Positions 14,300 through 30,499 are shown, counted from the stretch's first letter. The stretch: DNA of 64,000 bases from Eledone cirrhosa (GCA_964016885.1 OZ024745.1:30566001-30630000); one strand, 5' to 3'. Program-made: numbers and translations. Notes: generated by a model from the sequence alone, not told the origin.

Positions 14300-17200
14300 A
14301 TTCATAGATGTGACATCTGAGTATGAAGAACAACACTTTAACCTTAAAAAACAAAGGGTGACAATTCATAGATGTGACATCTGTGTATGAAGAACAACAC
14401 TTTAACCTAAACAAAGCGTGACAATTCATAGGTGTGACATCTGTGTATCAAGAACAACACTTTAACCTCAACAAAGGGTGACAATTCATAGATGTGACAT
14501 CTGTGTATGAAGAACAACACTTTAACCTTAACAAAGGGTGACAATTCATAGATGTGACATCTGTGTATGAAGAACAACACTTTAACCTCAACAAAGGGTG
14601 ACAATTCATAGATGTGACATCTGTGTATGAAGAACAACACTTTAACCTCAACAAAGGGCGACAATTCATAGATGTGACATCTGTGTATGAAGAACAACAC
14701 TTTAACTTCAACAAAGTGTGACAATTCATAGATGTGACATCTCAGTATGAAGAACAACACTTTAACCTCAACAAAGGGTGACAATTCATAGATGTGACAT
14801 CTGTGTATGAAGAACAACACTTTAACCTCAACAAAGGGTGACAATTCATATATGTGACATCTGAGTATGAAGAACAACACTTTAACCTTAACAAACAAAG
14901 GGTGACAATTCATAGATGTGACATCTGTGTATGAAGAACAACACTTTAACCTAAACAAAGGGTAACAATTCATAGATGTGACATCTGTGTATGAAGAACA
15001 ACACTTTAACCTCAACAAAGGGTGACAATTCATAGATGTGACATCTGTGTATGAAGAACAACACTTTAACCTCAACAAAGGGTGACAATTCATAGATGTG
15101 ACATCTCAGTATGAAGAACAACACTTTAACCTCAACAAAGGGTGACAATTAATAGATGTGACATCTGTGTATGAAGAACAACACTTTAGCCTCAACAAAG
15201 GGTGACAATTCATAGATGTGACATCTCAGTATGAAGAACAACACTTTAACCTCAACAAAGGGTGACAATTCATAGATGTGACATCTGTGTATGAAGAACA
15301 ACACTTTACCCTCAATAAAGGGTGACAATTCATAGATGTGACATCTGTGTATGAAGAACAACACTTTAACCTCAACAAAGGGTGACAATTCATAGATGTG
15401 ACATCTGTGTATGACGAACAACACTTTAACCTCAACAAAAGGTAACAATTCATAGATATGACATCTGTGTATGAAGAACAACACTTTAACCTCAACAAAG
15501 GGTGACAATTCATAGATGTGACATCTGTGTATGATGAACAACACTTTAACCTTAACAAACAAAGGGAGACAATCCATAGATGTGACATCTGTGTATGAAG
15601 AACAACACTTTAACCTTAACAAACAAAGGGTGACAATCCATAGATGTGACATCTGTGTATGAAGAACAACACTTTAACCTTAACAAACAAAGGGTGACAA
15701 TTCATAGATGTCACATCTGTGTATGAAGAACAATACCTCAACAAAGGGCGACAATTCATAGACGTGACACCTGTGTATGACGAAGAACACTTTAACCTTA
15801 ACAAACAAAGGGTGACAATCCATAGATGTGACATCTGTGTATGAAGAACAACACTTTAACCTTAACAAACAAAGGGTGACAATTCATAGATGTGACATCT
15901 GTGTATGAAGAACAACACTTTAACCTCAACAAAGGGTGACAATTCATAGATGTGACATCTGTGTATGAAGAACAACACTTTACCCTCAACAAAGGGTGAC
16001 AATTCATAGATGTGACATCTGTGTGTGAAGAACAACACTTTAACCTCAACAAAGGGCGACAATTCATAGATGTGACATCTGTGTATGAAGAACAACACTT
16101 TAACCTCAACAAAGGGTGACAATTCATAGATGTGACATCTGTGTATGAAGAACAACACTTTAACCTCAACAAAGGGTGACAATTCATAGATGTGACATCT
16201 TTGTATGAAGAACAACACTTTAACCTCAACAAAGGGTAACAATTCATAGATGTGACATCTGTGTATGAAGAACAACACTTTAACCTCAACAAAGGGTGAC
16301 AATTCATAGATGTGACATCTGAGTATGAAGAACAACACTTTAACCTTAAAAAACAAAGGGTGACAATTCATAGATGTGACATCTGTGTATGAAGAACAAC
16401 ACTTTAACCTAAACAAAGCGTGACAATTCATAGGTGTGACATCTGTGTATCAAGAACAACACTTTAACCTCAACAAAGGGTGACAATTCATAGATGTGAC
16501 ATCTGTGTATGAAGAACAACACTTTAACCTTAACAAAGGGTGACAATTCATAGATGTGACATCTGTGTATGAAGAACAACACTTTAACCTCAACAAAGGG
16601 TGACAATTCATAGATGTGACATCTGTGTATGAAGAACAACACTTTAACCTCAACAAAGGGCGACAATTCATAGATGTGACATCTGTGTATGAAGAACAAC
16701 ACTTTAACTTCAACAAAGTGTGACAATTCATAGATGTGACATCTCAGTATGAAGAACAACACTTTAACCTCAACAAAGGGTGACAATTCATAGATGTGAC
16801 ATCTGTGTATGAAGAACAACACTTTAACCTCAACAAAGGGTGACAATTCATATATGTGACATCTGAGTATGAAGAACAACACTTTAACCTTAACAAACAA
16901 AGGGTGACAATTCATAGATGTGACATCTGTGTATGAAGAACAACACTTTAACCTAAACAAAGGGTAACAATTCATAGATGTGACATCTGTGTATGAAGAA
17001 CAACACTTTAACCTCAACAAAGGGTGACAATTCATAGATGTGACATCTGTGTATGAAGAACAACACTTTAGCCTCAACAAAGGGTGACAATTCATAGATG
17101 TGACATCTCAGTATGAAGAACAACACTTTAACCTCAACAAAGGGTGACAATTCATAGATGTGACATCTGTGTATGAAGAACAACACTTTACCCTCAATAA

Positions 17201-17480
17201 AGGGTGACAATTCATAGATGTGACATCTGTGTATGAAGAACAACACTTTAACCTCAACAAAGGGTGACAATTCATAGATGTGACATCTGTGTATGACGAA
17301 CAACACTTTAACCTCAACAAAAGGTAACAATTCATAGATGTGACATCTGTGTATGAAGAACAACACTTTAACCTCAACAAAGGGTGACAATTCATAGATG
17401 TGACATCTGTGTATGATGAACAACACTTTAACCTTAACAAACAAAGGGAGACAATCCATAGATGTGACATCTGTGTATGA
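14300..17480. repeat. Tandem duplication, 2,002-bp offset (33 monomers), with a 2-monomer deletion in the second copy; boundaries approximate
   Basis: The distinctive monomer CCTAAACAAAGCGTGACAATTCATAGGTGTGACATCTGTGTATCAAG occurs at ~14406 and ~16408. ORF pairs 14407/16409 and 14448/16450 differ by 2002; the later pair 15226/17108 differs by 1882 (2002-120). Confidence 0.88.
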
Positions 17481-18619
17481 TGAACAACACTTTAACCTTA
17501 ACAAACAAAGGGAGACAATCCATAGACGTGACACCTGTGTATGAAGAAGAACACTTTAACCTTAACAAACAAAGGGTGACAATCCATAGATGTGACATCT
17601 GTGTATGAAGAACAACACTTTAACCTTAACAAACAAAGGGTGACAATTCATAGATGTGACATCTGTGTATGAAGAACAACACTTTAACCTCAACAAAGGG
17701 TGACAATTCATAGATGTGACATCTGTGTATGAAGAACAACACTTTACCCTCAACAAAGGGTGACAATTCATAGATGTGACATCTGTGTATGAAGAACAAC
17801 ACTTTAACCTCAACAAAGGGCGACAATTCATAGATGTGACATCTGTGTATGAAGAACAACACTTTAACCTCAACAAAGGGTAACAATTCATAGATGTGAC
17901 ATCTGTGTATGAAGAACAACACTTTAACCTCAACAAAGGGTGACAATTCATAGATGTGACATCTGTGTATGAAGAACAACACTTTAACCTTAACAAACAA
18001 AGGGAGACAATCCATAGATGTGACATCTGTGTATGAAGAACAACACTTTAACCTTAACAAACAAAGGGTAACAATCCATAGATGTGACATCTGTGTATGA
18101 AGAACAACACTTTAACCTTAACAAACAGAGGGTGACAATTCATAGATGTGACATCTGTGTATGAAGAACAACACTTTAACCTAAACAAAGGGTGACAATT
18201 CATAGATGTGACATCTGTGTATGAAGAACAACACTTTAACCTCAACAAAGGGTAACAATTCATAGATGTGACATCTGTGTATGAAGAACAACACTTTAAC
18301 CTCAACAAAGGGTGACAATTCATAGATGTGACATCTGTGTATGAAGAACAACACTTTAACCTTAACAAACAAAGGGTGACAATCCATAGATGTGACATCT
18401 GTGTATGAAGAACAACACTTTAACCTTAACAAACAAAGGGTGACAATTCATAGATGTGACATCTGTGTATGAAGAACAACACTTTAACCTCAACAAAGGG
18501 TGACAATTCATAGATGTGACATCTGTGTATGAAGAACAACACTTTAACCTCAACAAAGGGCGACAATTTATAGATGTGACATCTGTGTATCAAGAACAAC
18601 ACTTTAACCGTAACAAACA

Positions 18620-21600
18620 AAGGGTGACAATTCATAGATGTGACATCTGGGTATGAAGAACAACACTTTAACCTCAACAAAGAGTGACAATTCATAGATG
18701 TGACATCTGTGTATGAAGAACAACACTTTAACATCAACAAAGGGTGACAATTCATAGATGTGACATCTGTGTATGAAGAACAACACTTTAACCTCAACAA
18801 AGGGCGACAATTCATAGATGTGACATCTGTGTATGAAGAACATCACTTTAACCTCAACAAAGGGCGACAATTCATAGATGTGACATCTGTGTATGAAGAA
18901 CAACACTTTAAACTCAACAAAGGGTGACAATTCATAGATGTGACATCTGTGTATGAAGAACAACACTTTAACCTCAACAAAGGGTGACAATTCATAGATG
19001 TGACATCTGTGTATGAAGAACAACACGTTAACCTCAACAAAGGGCGACAATTCATAGATGTGACATCTGTGTATGAAGAACAACACTTTAACCTCAACAA
19101 AGGGTGACAATTCATAGATGTGACATCTGTGTATGAAGAACAACACTTTAACCTCAACAAAGGGTGACAATTCATAGATGTGACATCTGAGTATGAAGAA
19201 CAACACTTTAACCTCAACAAAGGGTGACAATTAATACATGTGACATCTGTGTATGAAGAACAACACTTTAACCTCAACAAAGTGTGACAATTCATAGATG
19301 TGACATCTCAGTATGAAGAACAACACTTTAACCTCAACAAAGTGTGACAATTCATAGATGTGACATCTGTGTATGAAGAACAACACTTTAACCTCAACAA
19401 AGGGTGACAATTCATAGATGTGACATCTGAGTATGAAGAACAACACTTTAACCTTAACAAACAAAGGGTGACAATTCATAGATGTGACATCTGTGTATGA
19501 AGAACAACACTTTAACCTAAACAAAGGGTAACAATTCATAGATGTGACATCTGTGTATGAAGAACAACACTTTAACCTCAACAAAGGGTGACAATTCATA
19601 GATGTGACATCTGTGTATGAAGAACAACACTTTAACCTCAACAAAGGTTGACAATTCATAGATGTGACATCTGTGTATGAAGAACAACACTTTAACCTCA
19701 ACAAAGGGTGACAATTCATAGATGTGACATCTGAGTATGAAGAACAACACTTTAACCTCAACAAAGGGTGACAATTCATAGATGTGACATCTGTGTATGA
19801 CGAACAACACTTTAACCTCAACAAAAGGTAACAATTCATAGATGTGACATCTGTGTATGAAGAACAACACTTTAACCTCAACAAAGGGTGACAATTCATA
19901 GATGTGACATCTGTGTATGAAGAACAACACTTTAACCTTAACAAACAAAGGGAGACAATCCATAGATGTGACATCTGTGTATGAAGAACAACACTTTAAC
20001 CTTAACAAACAAAGGGTGACAATCCATAGATGTGACATCTGTGTATGAAGAACAACACTTTAACCTTAACAAACAAAGGGTGACAATTCATAGATGTGAC
20101 ATCTGTGTATGAAGAACAACACTTTAACCTCAACAAAGGGTGACAATTCATAGATGTGACATCTGTGTATGAAGAACAACACCTCAACAAAGGGCGACAA
20201 TTCATAGACGTGACACCTGTGTATGAAGAAGAACACTTTAACCTTAACAAACAAAGGGTGACAATCCATAGATGTGACATCTGTGTATGAAGAACAACAC
20301 TTTAACCTTAACAAACAAAGGGTGACAATTCATAGATGTGACATCTGTGTATGAAGAACAACACTTTAACCTCAACAAAGGGTGACAATTCATAGATGTG
20401 ACATCTGTGTATGAAGAACAACACTTTACCCTCAACAAAGGGTGACAATTCATAGATGTGACATCTGTGTATGAAGAACAACACTTTAACCTCAACAAAG
20501 GGCGACAATTCATAGATGTGACATCTGTGTATGAAGAACAACACATTAACCTCAACAAAGGGTGACAATTCATAGATGTGACATCTGTGTATGAAGAACA
20601 ACACTTTAACCTCAACAAAGGGTGACAATTCATAGATGTGACATCTTTGTATGAAGAACAACACTTTAACCTCAACAAAGGGTAACAATTCATAGATGTG
20701 ACATCTGTGTATGAAGAACAACACTTTAACCTCAACAAAGGGTGACAATTCATAGATGTGACATCTGTGTATGAAGAACAACACTTTAACCTTAACAAAC
20801 AAAGGGAGACAATCCATAGATGTGACATCTGTGTATGAAGAACAACACTTTAACCTTAACAAACAAAGGGTAACAATCCATAGATGTGACATCTGTGTAT
20901 GAAGAACAACACTTTAACCTTAACAAACAAAGGGTGACAATTCATAGATGTCACATCTGTGTATGAAGAATAACACTTTAACCTCAACAAAGGGTGACAA
21001 TTCATAGATGTGACATCTGTGTATGAAGAACAGCACTTTAACCTCAACAAAGGGTAACAATTCATAGATGTGACATCTGTGTATGAAGAACAACACTTTA
21101 ACCTCAACAAAGGGTGACAATTCATAGATGTGACATCTGTGTATGAAGAACAACACTTTAACCTTAACAAACAAAGGGTGACAATCCATAGATGTGACAT
21201 CTGTGTATGAAGAACAACACTTTAACCTTAACAAACAAAGGGTGACAATTCATAGATGTGACATCTGTGTATGAAGAACAACACTTTAACCTCAACAAAG
21301 GGTGACAATTCATAGATGTGACATCTGTGTATGAAGAACAACACTTTAACCTCAAAAAAGGGCGACAATTCATAGACGTGACACCTGTGTATGAAGAAGA
21401 ACACTTTAACCTTAACAAACAAAGGGTGACAATCCATAGATGTGACATCTGTGTATGAAGAACAACACTTTAACCTTAACGAACAAAGGGTGACAATTCA
21501 TAGATGTGACATCTGTGTATGAAGAACAACACTTTAACCTCAACAATGGGTGACAATTCATAGATGTGACATCTGTGTATGAAGAACAACACTTTACCCT

Positions 21601-24600
21601 CAACAAAGGGTGACAATTCATAGATGTGACATCTGTGTATGAAGAACAACACTTTAACCTCAACAAAGGGCGACAATTCATAGATGTGACATCTGTGTAT
21701 GAAGAACAACACTTTAACCTCAACAAAGGGTGACAATTCATAGATGTGACATCTGTGTATGAAGAACAACACTTTAACCTCAACAAAGGGTGACAATTCA
21801 TAGATGTGACATCTTTGTATGAAGAACAACACTTTAACCTCAACAAAGGGTAACAATTCATAGATGTGACATCTGTGTATGAAGAACAACACTTTAACCT
21901 CAACAAAGGGTGACAATTCATAGATGTGACATCTGTGTATGAAGAACAACACTTTAACCTTAACAAACAAAGGGAGACACTCCATAGATGTGACATCTGT
22001 GTATGAAGAACAACACTTTAACCTTAACAAACAAAGGGTAACAATCCATAGATGTGACATCTGTGTATGAAGAACAACACTTTAACCTTAACAAACAAAG
22101 GGTGACAATTCATAGATGTCACATCTGTGTATGAAGAACAACACTTTAACCTCAACAAAGGGTGACAATTCATAGATGTGACATCTGTGTATGAAGAACA
22201 ACACTTTAACCTCAACAAAGGGTAACAATTCATAGATGTGACATCTGTGTATGAAGAACAACACTTTAACCTCAACAAAGGGTGACAATTCATAGATGTG
22301 ACATCTGTGTATGAAGAACAACACTTTAACCTTAACAAACAAAGGGAGACAATCCATAGATGTGACATCTGTGTATGAAGAACAACACTTTAACCTCAAC
22401 AAAGGGCGACAATTCATAGATGTGACATCTGTGTATGAACAACAACACTTTAACCTCAACAAAGGGCGACAATTCATAGATGTGACATCTGTGTATGAAG
22501 AACAACACTTTAACCTCAACAAAGGGCGACAATTCATAGATGTGACATCTGTGTATGAAGAACAACACTTTAACCTCAACAAAGGGTGACAATTCATAGA
22601 TGTGACATCTGTGTATGAAGAACAGCACTTTAACCTCAACAAAGGGTGACAATTCATAGATGTGACATCTGTGTATGAAGAACAACACTTTAACCTCAAC
22701 AAAGGGTGACAATTCATAGATGTGACATCTGAGTATGAAGAACAACACTTTAACCTTAACAAACAAAGGGTGACAATTCATAGATGTGACATCGGTGTAT
22801 GAAGAACAACACTTTAACCTAAACAAAGGGTGACAATTCATAGATGTGACATCTGTGTATGAAGAACAACACTTTAACCTCAACAAAGGGTGACAATTCA
22901 TAGATGTGACATCTGTGTATGAAGAACAACACTTTAACCTTAACAAACAAAGGGAGACAATCCATAGATGTGACATCTGTGTATGAAGAACAACACTTTA
23001 ACCTTAACAAACAAAGGGTGACAATCCATAGATGTGACATCTGTGTATGAAGAACAACACTTTAACCTTAACAAACAAAGGGTGACAATTCATAGATGTC
23101 ACATCTGAGTATGAAGAACAACACTTTAACCTCAACAAAGGGTGAAAATTCATAGATGTGACATCTGTGTATGAAGAACAACACTTTAACCTCAACAAAG
23201 GGCGACAATTCATAGACGTGACATCTGTGTATGAAGAACAACACATTAACCTTAACAAACAAAGGGCGACAATTCATAGATGTGACATCTGAGTATGAAG
23301 AACAACACTTTAACCTCAACAAAGGGTGAGAATTCATAGATGTGACATCTGTGTATGAAGAACAACACTTTAACCTCAACAAAGAGTGACAATTCATAGA
23401 TGTGACATCTGTGTATGAAGAACAACACTTTAAAATCAACAAAGGGTGACAATTCATAGATGTGACATCTGTGTATGAAGAACAACACTTTAACCTCAAC
23501 AAAGGGCGACTATTCATAGATGTGACATCTGTGTATGAACAACAACACTTTAACCTCAACAAAGTGCGACAATTCATAGATGTGACATCTGTGTATGAAG
23601 AACAACACTTTAACCTCAACAAAGGGTGACAATTCATAGATGTGACATCTGTGTATGAAGAACAACACGTTAACCTCAACAAAGGGCGCACAATTCATAG
23701 ATGTGACATCTGTGTATGAAGAACAACACTTTAACCTCAACAAAGGGTGACAATTCATAGATGTGACATCTGTGTATGAAGAACAACACTTTAAACTCAA
23801 CAAAGGGTGACAATTCATAGATGTGACATCTGTGTATGAAGAACAACACTTTAACCTCAACAAAGGGCGACAATTCATAGATGTGACATCTGTGTATGAA
23901 GACCAACACTTTAACCTCAACAAAGGGTGACAATTCATAGATGTGACATCTGTGTATGAAGAACAACACTTTAACCTCAACAAAGGGTGACAATTCATAG
24001 ATGTGACATCTGAGTATGAAGAACAACACTTTAACCCTAACAAACAAAGGGTGACAATTCATAGATGTGACATCTGTGTATGAAGAACAACACTTTAACC
24101 TAAACAAATGGTGACAATTCATAGATGTGACATCTGTGTATGAAGAACAACACTTTAACCTCAACAAAGGGTGACAATTCATAGATGTGACATCTGTGTA
24201 TGAAGAACAACACTTTAACCTCAACAAAGGGTGACAATTCATAGATGTGACATCTGGGTATGAAGAACAACACTTTAACCTCAACAAAGAGTGACAATTC
24301 ATAGATGTGACATCTGTGTATGAAGAACAACACTTTAACATCAACAAAGGGTGACAATTCATAGATGTGACATCTGTGTATGAAGAACAACACTTTAACC
24401 TCAACAAAGGGCGACAATTCATAGATGTGACATCTGTGTATGAAGAACATCACTTTAACCTCAACAAAGGGCGACAATTCATAGATGTGACATCTGTGTA
24501 TGAAGAACAACACTTTAAACTCAACAAAGGGTGACAATTCATAGATGTGACATCTGTGTATGAAGAACAACACTTTAACCTCAACAAAGGGTGACAATTC

Positions 24601-27600
24601 ATAGATGTGACATCTGTGTATGAAGAACAACACGTTAACCTCAACAAAGGGCGACAATTCATAGATGTGACATCTGTGTATGAAGAACAACACTTTAACC
24701 TCAACAAAGGGTGACAATTCATAGATGTGACATCTGTGTATGAAGAACAACACTTTAACCTCAACAAAGGGTGACAATTCATAGATGTGACATCTGAGTA
24801 TGAAGAACAACACTTTAACCTCAACAAAGGGTGACAATTAATACATGTGACATCTGTGTATGAAGAACAACACTTTAACCTCAACAAAGTGTGACAATTC
24901 ATAGATGTGACATCTCAGTATGAAGAACAACACTTTAACCTCAACAAAGTGTGACAATTCATAGATGTGACATCTGTGTATGAAGAACAACACTTTAACC
25001 TCAACAAAGGGTGACAATTCATAGATGTGACATCTGAGTATGAAGAACAACACTTTAACCTTAACAAACAAAGGGTGACAATTCATAGATGTGACATCTG
25101 TGTATGAAGAACAACACTTTAACCTAAACAAAGGGTAACAATTCATAGATGTGACATCTGTGTATGAAGAACAACACTTTAACCTCAACAAAGGGTGACA
25201 ATTCATAGATGTGACATCTGTGTATGAAGAACAACACTTTAACCTCAACAAAGGTTGACAATTCATAGATGTGACATCTGTGTATGAAGAACAACACTTT
25301 AACCTCAACAAAGGGTGACAATTCATAGATGTGACATCTGAGTATGAAGAACAACACTTTAACCTCAACAAAGGGTGACAATTCATAGATGTGACATCTG
25401 TGTATGACGAACAACACTTTAACCTCAACAAAAGGTAACAATTCATAGATGTGACATCTGTGTATGAAGAACAACACTTTAACCTCAACAAAGGGTGACA
25501 ATTCATAGATGTGACATCTGTGTATGAAGAACAACACTTTAACCTTAACAAACAAAGGGAGACAATCCATAGATGTGACATCTGTGTATGAAGAACAACA
25601 CTTTAACCTTAACAAACAAAGGGTGACAATCCATAGATGTGACATCTGTGTATGAAGAACAACACTTTAACCTTAACAAACAAAGGGTGACAATTCATAG
25701 ATGTGACATCTGTGTATGAAGAACAACACTTTAACCTCAACAAAGGGTGACAATTCATAGATGTGACATCTGTGTATGAAGAACAACACCTCAACAAAGG
25801 GCGACAATTCATAGACGTGACACCTGTGTATGAAGAAGAACACTTTAACCTTAACAAACAAAGGGTGACAATCCATAGATGTGACATCTGTGTATGAAGA
25901 ACAACACTTTAACCTTAACAAACAAAGGGTGACAATTCATAGATGTGACATCTGTGTATGAAGAACAACACTTTAACCTCAACAAAGGGTGACAATTCAT
26001 AGATGTGACATCTGTGTATGAAGAACAACACTTTACCCTCAACAAAGGGTGACAATTCATAGATGTGACATCTGTGTATGAAGAACAACACTTTAACCTC
26101 AACAAAGGGCGACAATTCATAGATGTGACATCTGTGTATGAAGAACAACACATTAACCTCAACAAAGGGTGACAATTCATAGATGTGACATCTGTGTATG
26201 AAGAACAACACTTTAACCTCAACAAAGGGTGACAATTCATAGATGTGACATCTTTGTATGAAGAACAACACTTTAACCTCAACAAAGGGTAACAATTCAT
26301 AGATGTGACATCTGTGTATGAAGAACAACACTTTAACCTCAACAAAGGGTGACAATTCATAGATGTGACATCTGTGTATGAAGAACAACACTTTAACCTT
26401 AACAAACAAAGGGAGACAATCCATAGATGTGACATCTGTGTATGAAGAACAACACTTTAACCTTAACAAACAAAGGGTAACAATCCATAGATGTGACATC
26501 TGTGTATGAAGAACAACACTTTAACCTTAACAAACAAAGGGTGACAATTCATAGATGTCACATCTGTGTATGAAGAATAACACTTTAACCTCAACAAAGG
26601 GTGACAATTCATAGATGTGACATCTGTGTATGAAGAACAGCACTTTAACCTCAACAAAGGGTAACAATTCATAGATGTGACATCTGTGTATGAAGAACAA
26701 CACTTTAACCTCAACAAAGGGTGACAATTCATAGATGTGACATCTGTGTATGAAGAACAACACTTTAACCTTAACAAACAAAGGGTGACAATCCATAGAT
26801 GTGACATCTGTGTATGAAGAACAACACTTTAACCTTAACAAACAAAGGGTGACAATTCATAGATGTGACATCTGTGTATGAAGAACAACACTTTAACCTC
26901 AACAAAGGGTGACAATTCATAGATGTGACATCTGTGTATGAAGAACAACACTTTAACCTCAAAAAAGGGCGACAATTCATAGACGTGACACCTGTGTATG
27001 AAGAAGAACACTTTAACCTTAACAAACAAAGGGTGACAATCCATAGATGTGACATCTGTGTATGAAGAACAACACTTTAACCTTAACGAACAAAGGGTGA
27101 CAATTCATAGATGTGACATCTGTGTATGAAGAACAACACTTTAACCTCAACAATGGGTGACAATTCATAGATGTGACATCTGTGTATGAAGAACAACACT
27201 TTACCCTCAACAAAGGGTGACAATTCATAGATGTGACATCTGTGTATGAAGAACAACACTTTAACCTCAACAAAGGGCGACAATTCATAGATGTGACATC
27301 TGTGTATGAAGAACAACACTTTAACCTCAACAAAGGGTGACAATTCATAGATGTGACATCTGTGTATGAAGAACAACACTTTAACCTCAACAAAGGGTGA
27401 CAATTCATAGATGTGACATCTTTGTATGAAGAACAACACTTTAACCTCAACAAAGGGTAACAATTCATAGATGTGACATCTGTGTATGAAGAACAACACT
27501 TTAACCTCAACAAAGGGTGACAATTCATAGATGTGACATCTGTGTATGAAGAACAACACTTTAACCTTAACAAACAAAGGGAGACACTCCATAGATGTGA

Positions 27601-29860
27601 CATCTGTGTATGAAGAACAACACTTTAACCTTAACAAACAAAGGGTAACAATCCATAGATGTGACATCTGTGTATGAAGAACAACACTTTAACCTTAACA
27701 AACAAAGGGTGACAATTCATAGATGTCACATCTGTGTATGAAGAACAACACTTTAACCTCAACAAAGGGTGACAATTCATAGATGTGACATCTGTGTATG
27801 AAGAACAACACTTTAACCTCAACAAAGGGTAACAATTCATAGATGTGACATCTGTGTATGAAGAACAACACTTTAACCTCAACAAAGGGTGACAATTCAT
27901 AGATGTGACATCTGTGTATGAAGAACAACACTTTAACCTTAACAAACAAAGGGAGACAATCCATAGATGTGACATCTGTGTATGAAGAACAACACTTTAA
28001 CCTCAACAAAGGGCGACAATTCATAGATGTGACATCTGTGTATGAACAACAACACTTTAACCTCAACAAAGGGCGACAATTCATAGATGTGACATCTGTG
28101 TATGAAGAACAACACTTTAACCTCAACAAAGGGCGACAATTCATAGATGTGACATCTGTGTATGAAGAACAACACTTTAACCTCAACAAAGGGTGACAAT
28201 TCATAGATGTGACATCTGTGTATGAAGAACAGCACTTTAACCTCAACAAAGGGTGACAATTCATAGATGTGACATCTGTGTATGAAGAACAACACTTTAA
28301 CCTCAACAAAGGGTGACAATTCATAGATGTGACATCTGAGTATGAAGAACAACACTTTAACCTTAACAAACAAAGGGTGACAATTCATAGATGTGACATC
28401 GGTGTATGAAGAACAACACTTTAACCTAAACAAAGGGTGACAATTCATAGATGTGACATCTGTGTATGAAGAACAACACTTTAACCTCAACAAAGGGTGA
28501 CAATTCATAGATGTGACATCTGTGTATGAAGAACAACACTTTAACCTTAACAAACAAAGGGAGACAATCCATAGATGTGACATCTGTGTATGAAGAACAA
28601 CACTTTAACCTTAACAAACAAAGGGTGACAATCCATAGATGTGACATCTGTGTATGAAGAACAACACTTTAACCTTAACAAACAAAGGGTGACAATTCAT
28701 AGATGTCACATCTGAGTATGAAGAACAACACTTTAACCTCAACAAAGGGTGAAAATTCATAGATGTGACATCTGTGTATGAAGAACAACACTTTAACCTC
28801 AACAAAGGGCGACAATTCATAGACGTGACATCTGTGTATGAAGAACAACACATTAACCTTAACAAACAAAGGGCGACAATTCATAGATGTGACATCTGAG
28901 TATGAAGAACAACACTTTAACCTCAACAAAGGGTGAGAATTCATAGATGTGACATCTGTGTATGAAGAACAACACTTTAACCTCAACAAAGAGTGACAAT
29001 TCATAGATGTGACATCTGTGTATGAAGAACAACACTTTAAAATCAACAAAGGGTGACAATTCATAGATGTGACATCTGTGTATGAAGAACAACACTTTAA
29101 CCTCAACAAAGGGCGACTATTCATAGATGTGACATCTGTGTATGAACAACAACACTTTAACCTCAACAAAGTGCGACAATTCATAGATGTGACATCTGTG
29201 TATGAAGAACAACACTTTAACCTCAACAAAGGGTGACAATTCATAGATGTGACATCTGTGTATGAAGAACAACACGTTAACCTCAACAAAGGGCGCACAA
29301 TTCATAGATGTGACATCTGTGTATGAAGAACAACACTTTAACCTCAACAAAGGGTGACAATTCATAGATGTGACATCTGTGTATGAAGAACAACACTTTA
29401 AACTCAACAAAGGGTGACAATTCATAGATGTGACATCTGTGTATGAAGAACAACACTTTAACCTCAACAAAGGGCGACAATTCATAGATGTGACATCTGT
29501 GTATGAAGACCAACACTTTAACCTCAACAAAGGGTGACAATTCATAGATGTGACATCTGTGTATGAAGAACAACACTTTAACCTCAACAAAGGGTGACAA
29601 TTCATAGATGTGACATCTGAGTATGAAGAACAACACTTTAACCCTAACAAACAAAGGGTGACAATTCATAGATGTGACATCTGTGTATGAAGAACAACAC
29701 TTTAACCTAAACAAATGGTGACAATTCATAGATGTGACATCTGTGTATGAAGAACAACACTTTAACCTCAACAAAGGGTGACAATTCATAGATGTGACAT
29801 CTGTGTATGAAGAACAACACTTTAACCTCAACAAAGGGTGACAATTCATAGATGTGACAT
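18620..29860. repeat. Near-perfect tandem duplication of a 5,607-bp unit (92 monomers), two copies
   Basis: The private variant CATCTGGGTA is at 18650 and 24257. All ORFs from 18843 to 23676 recur at exactly +5607 (24450 to 29283), with identical translations where fully inside the unit. Length check: 92x60 + 23x4 - 6 + 1 = 5607. Confidence 0.95.
20230..22330. repeat. Nested duplication, 1,168-bp offset (19 monomers), inside the 5,607-bp unit (repeated again at ~25840-27940)
   Basis: ORF pairs 20244/21412, 20308/21476, 20856/22024 and 20920/22088 all differ by 1168. The marker GGGTAACAATCC is in both copies. Confidence 0.85.
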
Positions 29861-30499
29861 CTGTGTATTAAGAACAACACTTTAACCTCAACAAAGGGTG
29901 ACAATTCATAGATGTGACATCTGAGTATGAAGAACAACACTTTAACCTCAACAAAGGGTGACAATTAATAGATGTGACATCTGTGTATGAAGAACAACAC
30001 TTTAGCCTCAACAAAGGGTGACAATTCATAGATGTGACATCTCAGTATGAAGAACAACACTTTAACCTCAACAAAGGGTGACAATTCATAGATGTGACAT
30101 CTGTGTATGAAGAACAACACTTTAACCTCAATAAAGGGTGACAATTCATAGACGTGACATCTGTGTATGAAGAACAACACTTTAACCTCAACAAACAAAG
30201 GGTGACAATTCATAGATGTGACATCTGTGTATGAAGAACAACGCTTTAACCTCAACACAGGTGACAATTCATAGATGTGACATCTGTGTATGAAGAACAA
30301 CACTTTAACCTCAACAAAGGGTGACAATTCATAGATGTGACATCTGTGTATGACGAACAACACTTTAAACTCAACAAAGGGTAACAATTCATAGATGTGA
30401 CATCTGTGTATGAAGAACAACACTTTAACCTCAACAAAGGGTGACAATTCATAGATGTGACATCTGTGTATGAAGAACAACACTTTAACCTCAACAAAG

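Noticed and set aside
14431-27000. Possible compensatory changes in the dyad (A35>G at ~14432; T43>C at ~15770, ~20216, ~21385)
   Set aside because: The two changes would restore pairing only together, but they occur in different monomers. T43>C co-occurs with T36>C, which is not its pairing partner, so there is no true covariation.
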